Numbered from the stretch's first letter, positions 1 through 12,989 are shown. The stretch: DNA of 64,000 nt from Gekko japonicus (GCF_001447785.1 NW_015174295.1:119649-183648); one strand, 5' to 3'. A program made the numbers and translations. Notes: generated by a model from the sequence alone, not told the origin.

Positions 1-2076
1 TTTAAGACCAAGTTTTATTCAGGTAGAAGCTCTCCCTCCTCTGTGAGGACAGATCTGCACGTCCCCCCCACCCCAATAGCTAGCAATCCAAAACAGTCCA
101 GTGGAGCCTGAACGGTGGGTGTTGCCTTCTGACACACTTCTGGTGATGCCAGGGGTGTGGTATATGCAAATAAGTTAAGCTAATTAGTTATGCTAATGAG
201 CTCCTGCACCTCTTTTTCTACGAAATGACCCCTGCTACATGTTACATACTGAACAGTCAATTTCTTGGCTTCCACTTTGGTCATTCTTCTCTTATGAAAG
301 TGGTATATACTGCTCCCCTAAGGAGGGAAGACCATTGTGAGTAAGAGATGAAAAAGGGGCCACAGGAGGAGGGAGGCCGAATTGTCAAGGGGGGGGGCGT
401 GGCTCAAGTTGGCACAGCATGACCTACACAAAAGGAAGCAGAAATAAATATTCTTTGCAGTGAGAATGCGGTTGCACAGAATAGTAGACTACATAAGGGC
501 TTCCCGGCACACCTGCATATGGAAGGTAGCAGAAGGGTACCTCCAGGGGTCATTTCCTGCAGGAGCGCACAGGAGCTGGCAATCCAAAACAGTCCATTGG
601 AGCCTGAGCGGTGGGTGCTGCCTTCTGAAACACTTCCGGTGATGTCAGGGGGTGTGGCATATGCAAATAAGTTATGCTAATGAGTTATGCCAATGAGCTC
701 CTGCACCTCTTTTTCTACGAAATGACCCCTGNNNNNNNNNNNNNNNNNNNNNNNNNNNNNNNNNNNNNNNNNNNNNNNNNNNNNNNNNNNNNNNNNNNNN
801 NNNNNNNNNNNNNNNNNNNNNNNNNNNNNNNNNNNNNNNNNNNNNNNNNNNNNNNNNNNNNNNNNNNNNNNNNNNNNNNNNNNNNNNNNNNNNNNNNNNN
901 NNNNNNNNNNNNNNNNNNNNNNNNNNNNNNNNNNNNNNNNNNNNNNNNNNNNNNNNNNNNNNNNNNNNNNNNNNNNNNNNNNNNNNNNNNNNNNNNNNNN
1001 NNNNNNNNNNNNNNNNNNNNNNNNNNNNNNNNNNNNNNNNNNNNNNNNNNNNNNNNNNNNNNNNNNNNNNNNNNNNNNNNNNNNNNNNNNNNNNNNNNNN
1101 NNNNNNNNNNNNNNNNNNNNNNNNNNNNNNNNNNNNNNNNNNNNNNNNNNNNNNNNNNNNNNNNNNNNNNNNNNNNNNNNNNNNNNNNNNNNNNNNNNNN
1201 NNNNNNNNNNNNNNNNNNNNNNNNNNNNNNNNNNNNNNNNNNNNNNNNNNNNNNNNNNNCCCAGCAGCCCTCAGTCAGAGCAAGAAGCAGCCAGGTGAGT
1301 TGCACAGCTCCCCCCAGCCCCCCAGTCCAAAACAGTCCAGTGGCACCTTTAAGACCAAGTTTTATTCAGGTAGAAGCTCTCCCTCCTCTGTGAGGACAGA
1401 TCTGCACGTCCCCCCCACCCCAATAGCTAGCAATCCAAAACAGTCCAGTGGAGCCTGAACGGTGGGTGTTGCCTTCTGACACACTTCTGGTGATGCCAGG
1501 GGTGTGGTATATGCAAATAAGTTAAGCTAATTAGTTATGCTAATGAGCTCCTGCACCTCTTTTTCTACGAAATGACCCCTGCTACATGTTACATACTGAA
1601 CAGTCAATTTCTTGGCTTCCACTTTGGTCATTCTTCTCTTATGAAAGTGGTATATACTGCTCCCCTAAGGAGGGAAGACCATTGTGAGTAAGAGATGAAA
1701 GGTGCCACAGGAGGAGGGAGGCCGAATTGTCAAGGGGGGGGGCGTGGCTCAAGTTGGCACAGCATGACCTACACAAAAGGAAGCAGAAATAAATATTCTT
1801 TGCAGTGAGAATGCGGTTGCACAGAATAGTAGACTACATAAGGGCTTCCCGGCACACCTGCATATGGAAGGTAGCAGAAGGGTACCTCCAGGGGTCATTT
1901 CCTGCAGGAGCGCACAGGAGCTGGCAATCCAAAACAGTCCATTGGAGCCTGAGCGGTGGGTGCTGCCTTCTGAAACACTTCCGGTGATGTCAGGGGGTGT
2001 GGCATATGCAAATAAGTTATGCTAATGAGTTATGCCAATGAGCTCCTGCACCTCTTTTTCTACGAAATGACCCCTG
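1..2076 (+). repeat. Near-identical duplication flanking an assembly gap (1-731 approximately equals 1348-2076)
   Basis: The same unique and MITE sequence occurs on both sides of the 732-1259 gap, with only small differences near 350 and 430. Confidence 0.9.
1889..2076. mobile_element. hAT-type MITE, TIR CAGGGGTCATTTC (family A). Related copies at 544-731, 1260-1582, 19390-19764, ~21187-21630, ~27468-27664, ~31895-32282, 33379-33720, 57739-58151, 59011-59442
   Basis: Terminal inverted repeats with 8-bp target-site duplications: GGTACCTC here, CTACAAAC at 33371/33721, ATAAAAAC at 59003/59443. Confidence 0.85.
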
Positions 2077-2268
2077 GGTACCTCATGTTTTACAGTCGCT
2101 TCAAAAAGAAAATTTAGAGCCGACGGCCAAACGGACACTGCGTTTTTACATGGTTTCAACTCCCTTAGGTATTTATGAAAGATAACACCTTCTCTTTACT
2201 CAGTAGCGGTGATGAGAAATTTAGCTAGGAATCGATAAGATGGTGAAAGAAGCGAATAGTTGTCTCAC

Positions 2269-2366
2269 ATGAAGCTGCTCATCATCTGTTTGGTGTCTTC
2301 CGAGCTCCTCGAGTTGGCAAAGCTTATAAATGAGCAGTAGACAGCAATCCACGCACACCACTTGAG
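2269..2366 (-). CDS. WDR83OS: WDR83OS coding exon 3 (final exon not seen; before the window or in the gap)
   Basis: TTTGCAG acceptor and GTGAGA donor; [32 protein letters not shown](M); 98 nt. Confidence 0.97.
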
Positions 2367-4225
2367 CTGCAAAAACCCATGGGATAAACTCTCAGAAACC
2401 CTCAATAGAATCACAAGGATTTAGCATCAGCTCGTCTCCAGCACAGGTATAAACCCATCAAAAACTCTCAGCCTTGCTTATCTAGTGAGGACGGGAACTG
2501 GCTTCAGTTTTAAAGAGGGATAGTTTTGCTAGACCAAGCTCACTTAAACTCAGTGGTCACGCAAATGATAAAATATACTTGGACTTTAGAAAATTGTACG
2601 TGTGCTCTGTGCTATTGTCACTTCCGACTTACAGCAACAAACCAGGTACACCCTCATATCTCTCAAATGGTAAGATGAACACATGATCCCTGGGCACTGA
2701 ACCTGGGGTGTTCAATGTGTTCACAAATAGCACAAGTAAAGCTTACAGTGACTTGAGAACGCAAGGGGAAAGAAGCATGCCACTGTATGCTTTTGCAATC
2801 TCATTTATGTCAGAAAAACCAATGCCAACAGGGATGTTCATGTCGTAACGCACAAATTCAAATAGGTATCAATATATCTAATTTTCAACATGACCACATC
2901 TGTGACTATTTAAATCTGAAGACAGGAGCCATGAACAATCAGGACATATTTTTCTATAAACCTGAAAAAGCCCCAAGTTTGCAAAAAACCCGGAAATCTA
3001 AAAAACAAAACAAAAACACGGGTTTTTTAAAAACAAAAACCAATAATAGAACCTTTAAATAAATAACTGCTTGCAAAAACAAATGCCCTCTGTGGCCAAT
3101 GCTGGACAACCACAACAGCACTGTTAGTTCAAGCCTTGGTTTTGGTCAGTAAAAGGCATGGGGAGGAGGCCCCTTCCAGGGCTGTTTGACTTTTTAGGAA
3201 GGACTCGTGGGGGGCAGGCCTGGCCACAGCCACCAGGCAAACTGCTACCACACAATGTGCATGACTCACCCAGACCCGGCTGCTTGCTACTGTTCAACAG
3301 CGGCCACCCCGTGAAAACCAGAGTGAGCTAATGGTCAGTGTGTCAGATTAGGAAGGGGGGAACCTGATTTGAATCCCCACTCTGCCACGGAAGCCTGCTG
3401 TGTGACCTCGGACCAGTCACGCACCCTCAGCCTCAGCTACATCACAGGGTTGTTGTACAGATAAAACGGAAGAGGATGATGTAAGCTGTTTTGGGGCCGT
3501 CGTGGGGAGAAAGAGGTATGAATGTAGTAAATAAATATAGCTGAAGATGGGGGGGGGGGAGAGAAAGGTTGGTCGGTGAGGGGGCAGGAGAGAAGGAAGC
3601 AAGGGAGGGTGAGCATTTGGAGGCTGCCTGGAGGAAGAGAAAGAAGAAACCGTGCTGTGCAGGGGAAACTGAGGTACCACTTGAAAGGCCTTGCGGGTTC
3701 CCCATCACACAATTGGGCCTGGCCCAGCTGCCCACACCATGCAACTTGGCCAGACGTTCGTTTCCCAGGGAGAGGCTACAAGCATGGCGGCTACAAGCAT
3801 GGACGGCTTCGAAGGGGAATTAGATAAGCATATGGAGCAGAGGTCCATCAGTGGCTATTAGCCACAAGGTATAGGTAGGGGCTCTGGGGGGGGGGATGCT
3901 CTGTCTTCTTGGTGCTTGGGGGGGGTCAACAGTGGGAGGGCTTCTAGTGTCCTGGCCCCACTGCTGGACCTCCTGGTGGCACCTGGTATTTCTGGCCCCT
4001 GTGTGACACAGAGTGTTGGACTGGATGTGCCTTTGGCCTGATCCAACATTGGCGTCTCTTATGTTCTTATGAGAGGCTACCTGGCGTAGGGAAGGAGGGA
4101 AAACTGAAGACAGGTGTGTGCGGGAGGGACAAAGATCGGTTCAGTAGTGGGTGAAAAGGGAAGAAAGAGGCAGAAAAGGAGGACAGGACAGGGTTTTCAG
4201 GGAAGGGAATGAAGAAAGGTCACCA

Positions 4226-5460
4226 CACCTTAAAAAGGATATTATAGCTTTGGGGAAAGTGCAGAAAAGGGCAACCCGAATGATAAAAGGGTTGGAACAC
4301 TTTCCCTATGAGGAAAGGTTAAAGCGCTTGGGGCTCTTTAGCTTGGAGAAACGCTGACTGAGGGGGTGACATGATCGAGGTTTCTAAGATTATGCATGGG
4401 ATAGAGCAGGTGGAGAAAGAGGTACTTTTTTCCCTTTCTCACAATACAAGCACTCGTGGGCACTCCATGAAATTGCTGAGCGGTTGGGTTAGAACGGATA
4501 AAAGGAGGTCCTTCTTCACCCAAAGAGTGATTAACACATGGAATTCACTGCCACAGGAGGTGGCGGTGGCAACAAGCATGGGTGGCTTCAAGAGGGAATT
4601 AGATAAGCACAAGAAGCGGGACCCGCGATACTCGCAGGGGGGAGTATTCCTAAAGGCTCCCGGCCTGCAGAAGCAGCTCCACAGGTAAGCCTTCTTCCCC
4701 ACCCCTGGGCCTCGGCGGCAAGGTGCCTCCCAGCTACGGGCCTGCCGCTCTCCCCCCCACTGATCTTCCCCCCCCTCGGGCACCAGCAGCGAGGCTTGAG
4801 TGCCTTCCAGCCACCAAGCCCACTGATCTCCCCCCCGGGTACTGGTGATGAGGCCTGAGAGCCTCCCAGCCCCCGGGCCCGCCGATCTCCCCCCCCCCCC
4901 CCCGGTTAGGACTGCTCCAAGTGTGCAGGAAAATATCTCTGCCCCCCAAGTGCCCCTGATGTGCAGATTTAGATATCCACACGGAGGGGACAACTTGGCT
5001 ATTAGATATATAGATATGGAACAGAGGTCCATCCGTGGCTATTAGCCACAAGGTATAAATAGGAACTCTCAGTCTGGGGCAACTGATGCTCTGTATTCTT
5101 GGTGCTTGGGGGGGGGGGCAACAGTGGGAGGGCTTCTAGTGTCCTGGCCCCACTGGTGGACCTCCTGATGGCACCTGGTATTTCTGGCCACTGTGTGACA
5201 CAGAGTGTTGGACTGGATGGGCCTTTGGCCTGATCCAACATTGGCTTCTCTTGTGTTCTTATAGGAACTCTCAGTCTGGGGCAAGGGATGCTCTGTCTTC
5301 TTGGTGCTTGGGGGGGGGCAACAGTGGGAGGGCTTCTGGTGTCCTGGCCCCACTGCTGGGCCTCCTGGTGGCACCTGGTATTTCTGGCCACTGTGTGACA
5401 CAGAGTGTTGGACCGGATGGGCCTTTGGCCTGATCCAACATTGGCTTCTCTTATGTTCTT
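4226..5460 (+). mobile_element. CR1 LINE 3' end (ORF2 C-terminus and 3'UTR), interrupted by an insert at ~4613-4990
   Basis: [40 protein letters not shown] and TRGHSMKL...FFTQRVINTWNSLPQEV are typical CR1 ORF2 tail motifs; ends in TTCTTATGTTCTT. Further 3' ends at ~3780-4070, 11625-11910(-), 54451-55170(-), 62661-62960(-). Confidence 0.9.
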
Positions 5461-5793
5461 AAACAGAGTGGGAGGGGGAAATGAGACACACACAGCCAAG
5501 TCCACGTGGTCCTCTGCTTGTTTTAATTATTTGCGATGGCTAAGATACAAAATGCATTTTTACGGAGTCTTACTTTAAATAAAGAGCAGCTGGGGTTGAA
5601 TGCTTTTCTATAATATGTCTCTATGTAGTCACAGGAGGTCACCTTTTTGGCACACTTTGATATTAAACTGGATACAGCAGCTCCTATACTGCCCTTAGCA
5701 TCATTTAATTCTAACCTCTATGGCGATGAGAAGAGTGGTAGTTACTGCAGACAATCCTTAAGGAAGGGTTTATCCAGACACCATAATAGTTAC

Positions 5794-6453
5794 TGTAACG
5801 ATTTCATGTTTTGTGTGTTTGTGTCTTTAAAAGTGGTTTGCATGGCTGTGTGATGATAATGTAGAATGCTGGACAGGCATGTGGTGTGATTGGTGATTGA
5901 CAGAGAGGGGGAGGGAGGATAAGATATGTCAGTCAAGAGTGTCAGTTGAAGGGTGTCTGTTAGAGTTATGAGAGTTGAAAAAGAGAATTGAACAGAGTCT
6001 GTCAGAAGAGAGTGATGTGTTAAAGCAGTTGTTATAAGTTCTGTCTAGTAAAAGAGTTAAGCAGTTTGTTCGTTTTAAGGTCTGAGAGAGAGAAGTCTTG
6101 TGTGTGGTATGAAAAGTTAAAGCATAAAGAAACAGTAACCATATATGGTCTAAGGAAAATATTGTTACAAAGTGACATGCCCTGATCCCTGTCAATAAGA
6201 GGGAAGAGTGTGGGAACATCAAATAAATCTACTTTTATTTAAGATAACAGTTCTGAATGAAATTCCTCAGGAAACACATGGTCCTTCGAAAGCCCAGACC
6301 CTGGGTCACAATACCTACCCAGAGAGGAAAATCTTATAGAAAAGGTGTGGGAAAGCCTAAATTTCCCTGGTGGCAGCCGGAATACCCAAAGAAAAATAAA
6401 CCATAAGAACTTTTAAAGTAAAACTAGACCTCCCCAGATAAGAGGTCATCACA
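5794..6453. mobile_element. Solo LTR
   Basis: Begins TGTAACGATT and ends CATCACA; flanked by 5-bp TSD GTTAC (5789-5793, 6454-6458). Confidence 0.8.
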
Positions 6454-7495
6454 GTTACGTTTGAACATTTGGAGTTACTAAGAGCTGGCCATTTTTTTTA
6501 CCTTAGGTGTTTTTCAAAAAGTGATCAAGGCCGCGATCCTAAAAGCCCTTTCCCGGGAGTAAGCCCTACTGAATAAAACGGGACTTACTTCTGCTTAGGA
6601 CTGCCGCCTAGGAGTACAACCCTGTAGCCAGGATGTGAAACATTTAGGATAGCAACGCTTCTCAGCACAAGCTCCACAAGGGGTGCTGGGATGAATAGGA
6701 GCGAGCGAACAGAATGCAGCAGAGAAATGTCTACACGAGAAGAAGCTAAGCAAAGTCCTTGAAGTCTGAGACAGCCAGTCTGCAGGAGAAGACTTCCCTC
6801 AGTGACTGAGTCTGACGGTGCACAATCTCAGCTATATTTGGGATTCCTTCCAGGGCTGCCCTGTAACTAGCTCCATGCAGGACTTGAACCTGGGGTGCCA
6901 CGCACGCTAAGTCAATACACCAACATGGACTGTGATTCCTATCAAATTTTAAATATATACTTTAGGAATACTTTACTCTGGAAATTACAGAGGAATCTTA
7001 TTGAAACTGTACTGCAGTTATTAATTCACATCGTTATTCAAAGATTCACTTATTGATTTTAGTTCATGCCCTTCTAAGAGAGACCTTATCTAGAAGAAAA
7101 GAAACGCACTCTGATGCAAGGGTCTTGATTTCTAATTGCACCTCCTTACACAGAACAAAACTGATGATAGTGTTCCAAACAACTGTTTTACCTACTGCAG
7201 GAGAGGTACATGGTGGCCATTCAGTTCAGAGAGCTTCCTTTAACTGTTCCATCTATTCCGAATTAGACTGCCTTGTGCTATCATTCTGGTCTTCTTCCAA
7301 AGCCATTAAAACGTACAATTTTTAATATATATTTTTTGTATTCCATGCCTTTATTCTAATTGCTGGAAAGTTCACTAACATGTCATAGCAAATGTATTCG
7401 TTATACAGTAATGAGCAGCTGAAATATTGTTTATGATCTATGTGATCAGTATCCTTGATACCATGATGTCAAAGGACTAATGGCCGACTGCTTAC

Positions 7496-7601
7496 CTTCA
7501 GCATTAAACCACACATACTGAAAATCATTCCCAGGAGATTCATGTAGTCTGGTGTAGGGTCTTCCAAGGTAGGGTTGTTCTCTGTAGATGGAGGCTTGTA
7601 C
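7496..7601 (-). CDS. WDR83OS: WDR83OS coding exon 2
   Basis: TATAG acceptor and GTAAG donor; (R)[35 protein letters not shown]; 106 nt, in phase with exon 1. Confidence 0.97.
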
Positions 7602-7767
7602 CTATAAGTTGAAGAATCACTCATTATGACAGAAGGAAAACATGTTATTATGCTTGAAAATAAAAAAATTAGCTTTATCCACAGCAATATCAAGACTGAA
7701 TCGAGATTACAAATTTTACACTTCCCTGCTGCACATTCATGCCATTACAGGTCAACATTCACAGCAT

Positions 7768-8428
7768 ACTAGTATAGATGGTACATGACACCTAAGAAAA
7801 TAGCAAACATGAACCAGAATATGTCTAGTAAATGTTGGAAATGTAAGAAACATGAGGGCTCATTCTATCATATGTGGTGGACTTGTGACAAAGCTATAGA
7901 CTTTTGGACTAAAGTCCATGGAGAAATGCAAAAAATACTAAAATTTTCCTTTAAAAAGGCACCTGAGATTCTGCTTTTAGGACTTAGAATGGAAGAATTA
8001 AACATGAAGAAAAAGACTCTATTCTGGTATTTAATAACAACTGCGAGGATGGTTTATGCACAATGTTGGAAGCAAGAGAAAATACCAGAAATAGAAGATT
8101 GGATACAAAAAGTTCTGTTCATGGCAGAAATGGACAAAATAACAAGAAAATTAAACAACTAAGAAGACCAAGAATTTTTTGAGGAATGGGATGACTTCAA
8201 GATATATCTAGAAAAAAACTGGGATGTAAAAAGAAATTTACTTTGTTTAGAACAATATTAAGTATAAGATTGTTATCTTGGAATGTATATGACTTTTGGA
8301 CCACAGGGGAAACGCATTGCGGGAAGCCATTGGAGAGGTGGGAGGGAGTTGGGAAACTGATTTCAAGAAATTGTTTTTGACTATGTGAAATATATTAAGA
8401 AAAAATAAAAGTTTCTTGACAAAAAAAA
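7768..8428 (+). mobile_element. 5'-truncated L1-clade LINE (ORF2 C-terminal Cys domain, 3'UTR, polyA)
   Basis: CWKCKKHEGSFYHMWWTC zinc-knuckle region; AATAAA and A-tail; 14-bp TSD AACATTCACAGCAT (7754-7767, 8429-8442). Confidence 0.9.
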
Positions 8429-10728
8429 AACATTCACAGCATGCTTGTCCCAGTGTCTAAGCAGTACCAACACCTCCAATACCACCCTCTCACAAGAGGT
8501 ACTCTTCACTGCTCTTGAAACATTTTAAACATCTTCCTTATACTTAAAAAAAATGTACCACAGCGGGTTATAAATATAATAAATAAAAATAAATAAAAGG
8601 GAAGCCATTTGCTTAAGCCAAGAAGAGGCCTTGTTTCTAAAAGGGCAAAAAAAAAAGCGGGGCAGAATTCAACCCCACATTTGGACGTCCAGTTCTTACA
8701 AGTCATTCAAGCAGTTGTATAGCAAGTCAATGCCCCCAAACTATGAAATCTGTGAGTTATTTCTAAAGGCTTATGGGCAGTTTTGAGATTAAGAAAGTAC
8801 ACAGAATTGTGTTTTGAATGACTGGTAGGCATCTCAACATGAGACACATGTAGACAAACTTATCAGAAGCCAGCAATTTTTAAGAGTGGCAAAACATAGG
8901 CCCAAAGACCACATCGGATTTTTCTATGCAGTAAAGTAATATGAAACAATACAAAGGGCCCATCTCTCCCCCATACATCTTTACAGTTGTACACAGCTGA
9001 ACTAAAATGATGCAGATGGAGGAGGATTTGCATACAAAGGAGCAAGCATCTATGTCTGCATAAAGATGTGCACATCTCCCCCCCCCCCCCTGCCATCCAT
9101 TCATCAGTTGGGACATAGCCTTTTGAGGGAGAAAGATTCTTCATCCTAGTTGCAAGATGGTCAGTGTGGTACAGTGGTTAGAGGACTGGACTAATATCTG
9201 GGAGACCAAAGTTCACATCCCCACTCTTCCATAGAAATTTGCTGGGTGACGTTGGGCTAGTCATGCACTCTCAACCTAATCTATCTCACAGGGTCATGGT
9301 CAGGGTAAAATGGAGAATGATATAAGGCACTCTGAGACCCCATTGGGGAGAAAGGTGAGGTATAAAATTAAGTATATAAATAAATAAGGGAAGGGATGAA
9401 GTTAATACAGCCTGGCTAGCTAGTGCAATTTGTTCCTTTACCCCAGAGCATACTAAAGCCATCCAAGTGCACAGCCAGGTAATATCTCAGTCCCTATATG
9501 TTTCTACCCCCCTGTTCAGTATCTCTCCACAGCCTCTCCTATCATAGATTTTACAGTGAAAAGGACAATATACAAACAACAGAAAAATCACTGTTAATTA
9601 CCAAATCCAATCCATTTTATTATTCTTGGCTAGACAGAATATGTCTTAGCCGTTTATCTAACTGTTCAGCTGAAAACCACAAATAACAGGAACACTGCTC
9701 CTGCTTTAACACTATGTTAATATAACAAGAGTGGGTTACAGTTGTGGAACTAGGTTTGCAAAAGAAACAAAAACTGTAAACACAGATGCTAAAGAATGTC
9801 TATGAAACAGAATTATTATCAGTGCAAGGTCAATTCATCAATAGTATAATACATTCAATAGCTGAATAATGAAACAATTATTGACGATCCTCTCCGGAAT
9901 GTAATGTATCGTTTCGATGTCTGTATCTTCTTCTGAACAGTAGTTGAATACATAAGGTGGAACCTTGTAAACATTTATAAAACAATGTGTAAGAATACTT
10001 AAGTACAGTTTTTGTTTCTTTTGCAAACCTATTAACACTGTGTTACACTGACAAACTTTTAAAGAACATCAAGCAGGTTACGGTATGTGCCCTCATTTTG
10101 CCAATAAGTAAAGGAATTAGGAGCAAAGACTATTTTAGGTAAAGGTTCCCTTGCTCGAAAGCCAGTCGAATCCGACTCTAGGGTTACGGAACGCTGTTAC
10201 CTTCCCACCGAAGTGGTACCTATTTATCTACTTGCAATTTCTTGCTTTCGAACTGCTAGGTTGGCAGGAGCTGGAACTAGAGACAGGAGCTCACCCCGTC
10301 TTGCAGCACCCGGGTCTTGAACTGCTGAACTACTGACCTTCCACAGCCTGCAGTTCAGCGTCTTAACCACTTGAGCCACCGCAGCTCCAAAAAGACTATT
10401 TTACAGGGCAACAATTCCACTCAATGGAGGTTAGTATTTACTTGAACAAAATTATTTTAATCTTGTTTCTTTACTTTCATCATTACCTGGCTTATTTTGC
10501 AGACCTAAAACCATCAGTGTTACTGTTTTCTGTTTTGTTACATTTTAATACATACCTATTATAGTGAAAAATAGACACTATATAAGGGGAATATACATAT
10601 CATACACTCTGCTGCTCCCTCATGTGCATTCAAGAAACAAATCAAGGATGCGACTAGTAGGAAGTTGTTCACAGCTACTGAAATCAATAGGGCCTTGAAT
10701 TAGTGGTCACATCCATGTTGGATTTTTT

Positions 10729-11220
10729 AGGCTGCGGTCACACGAAGCATTAGCCATGCTGCAGAGACAGAAGATAGGCGGATTTTCCAGGCGCGATCAC
10801 ACCGCCACATCTGGGAAGTGTAGAGCTCCCGTGGCGAACCCGAGGCTTCCCGCCGAAGATGCGCGGTAAAAAAGTTTCCAGAAACCGCAGGGCAAGGGCG
10901 GGCGTCTGATCGCGTTCCGGTGGTAGTTCCGGCGCCCGCCCATGTCCCCTCGCAAAAAGGTTTCCCCCCCCCCCAAGTCTCCACGGATGCGCACAAGCAC
11001 CCAACGGAGCATGCGCACACTTCAGTTTAAAAAACAACAACAACCCCGTTTGCCCTGCGCCCCGCTTCTTTGCCACGCCGCAGGACTGTGGAATGATCGG
11101 CACCTCCCCCCTACCATGGGACCTCCACGGTAGGTCTGCTCGCGCAACTGCGCATTATTTAGCCCCGGGGCAAACAGCCACATTTCCCCCCCGCATTTTC
11201 CTGCCTGTGTGACCGCAGCC
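10729..11220. mobile_element. Non-autonomous TIR element (GGCTGCGGTCACAC...GTGTGACCGCAGCC); relatives at ~14002-14636, ~15408-15774, ~42846-42974
   Basis: Matching terminal inverted repeats and a shared internal motif (CATCTGGGAAG) between several copies; superfamily not determined. Confidence 0.7.
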
Positions 11221-12119
11221 ATAGTGACAAAAGCCCAACTGGCTTTCACATGAAGGACACTTGAAGCACAACTAGTACTGAAGACGGATCTAGATATCTC
11301 CGCTGAAGGTAGTGGGCCTAATATAGAAATACATAAAAACAATTTTCTACATTCTCAGATGACATTATTTTGTCACAACAAGTCAGCTCCCCCAATGGAC
11401 TATAAAAGTACACCTCTCTGTGTGTGAAGTGTGATGATGCAAACACTGCCACGCCTCTTCATGTCTGTGATGTAACGAGCATTAGAGCCGGCTCTGGCAA
11501 TGCTGTAAAGGTTCTGACTTCTTGAGCTACCTTACGTCATTGGAACACTCACATCGTTTTGTGCTTTTTAAGAGATTCTACTAATCAAGACCTCCTCCTA
11601 ATATAGCAAAAACCTAGCACTTTACATAAGAACATAAGAGAAGCCAATGTTGGATCAGGCCAATGGCCCATCCAGTCCAACACTCTGTGTCACACAGTGG
11701 CCAAAAATACCAGGTGCCATCAGGGGGTCCACCAGTGGGGCCAGGACACTAGAAGCCCACCCACTGTTGCCCCCCCAAAGCACCAAGAATACAGAGCATC
11801 ACCTGCCCCAGCTTGTGAGTTCCTATCTATATCTTGTGGCTAACAGCCACTGATGGACCTCTGCTCCATATGTTTATCCAGTTCCCTCTTGAAGCTGTCC
11901 GTGCTTGTTAAGCTATTTTTTTTTTAAAAAAGTCAAAGTCAAATGTACAGATCTACTTTCCAGTCCCGAAGGGCACAGATCCCTTGACTGACAGCACCCA
12001 CCAGCAACAACACCTACACCCACTCCCTCCTCCTATATAGCATGGACTGGACAGCACTATTGCCTTTGAACTGAGACTAGTTCGTGAAGATAAGTCACTC
12101 AGACTCACGTCGCTTTTTG

Positions 12120-12712
12120 CCCAGTTTGGTGTAGTGGTGAAGTGCGCGGACTGTAATCTGGGAGAACCGGGTTTGATTCCCCACTCCTCCACATGCAGCC
12201 GGCTGGATGACCTTGGGTCAGTCACAAGTTCTCTCAGAGCTGTCCTTGAAAAAGAGCCGTTTCTGTCAGAGCTCTCTCAGCCCCACCCGCCTCACAGGGC
12301 GTCTGTTGTGGGGAGGGGAAGGGAAAGGAGTTTGTAAGCTGCTCTGAGACTCTGAGTGAAGGGGGGGGGAAGGCTCACACAATGTGGGGCAGAGGTCAAG
12401 GAACCTGGGAGAAACTGCCACACACAGGAGAGCCAGTTTGGTGTCGTGGTTAGGAGCGCAGACTCTAATCTGGGAGAACCGGGTTTGATTCTCCCCACTC
12501 CTCCACTTGCGGCTGCTGGTGTGACCTTGGGTCAGTCACAAGTTCTCTCAGAGCTGTCCTTGAAAAAGAGCAGTTTCTGTCAAGAGCTCTCTCAGCCCCA
12601 CCCACCTCACAGGGTGTCTGTTGTAGGGAGGGGAAGGGAAAGGAGTTTGCAAGCCGCTCTGAGACTCCCTTGGGTAGTGAAGGGCGGGGTACAAATGCAA
12701 TCTCTTCTTCTA
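12120..12712 (+). mobile_element. Two tandem tRNA-headed SINEs (Squam3-like). Other copies at ~22013-22290, 29190-29432(-), 35470-35752(-), 37567-38058, 43375-43668, 56820-57100(-), 61406-61700, 63370-63910, 63911-64000(-)
   Basis: Pol III A/B-box head GGTGTAGTGGT...GGTTTGATTCCC followed by a conserved body and a (TCT)n tail; many dispersed copies. Confidence 0.85.
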
Positions 12713-12989
12713 TATCCCCCCTTTCCCACAAGACGTGTCCCTGCTCTGTCTATCTTCCTGTTGACAAGGTAAACTTCTCTGGCCCCCTTCCTCCGCCCTT
12801 CCTCATTCGTTGCCATGGTGATCTCTCATCGCCTCCCCCCCGCCCTCTTCAAAGGGACTCCCGTGAACCTCAGCGCCCCCCTGTCGTAACCCAGTGCAAC
12901 CCTTCCACGCGACACGGCCTCCTTTCCCAGCTGCCCGGGTCCTCTCATGCCCCTGCCGGGGCGCTGCCTCCATCATACCCATGGCTGAC

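Noticed and set aside
410-440. Acceptor-like TTTTGTGTAG on the minus strand as the WDR83OS last exon
   Set aside because: The downstream translation does not resemble LSISAVVMSYLQNPQPM.
674-1393. Long ORFs running through N-gaps (also near 22900, 40612 and 52784)
   Set aside because: Their length comes from X residues over gaps.
12120-12195. tRNA-like sequences with A and B boxes
   Set aside because: They are SINE heads continuing into a shared SINE body in many copies, not tRNA genes.
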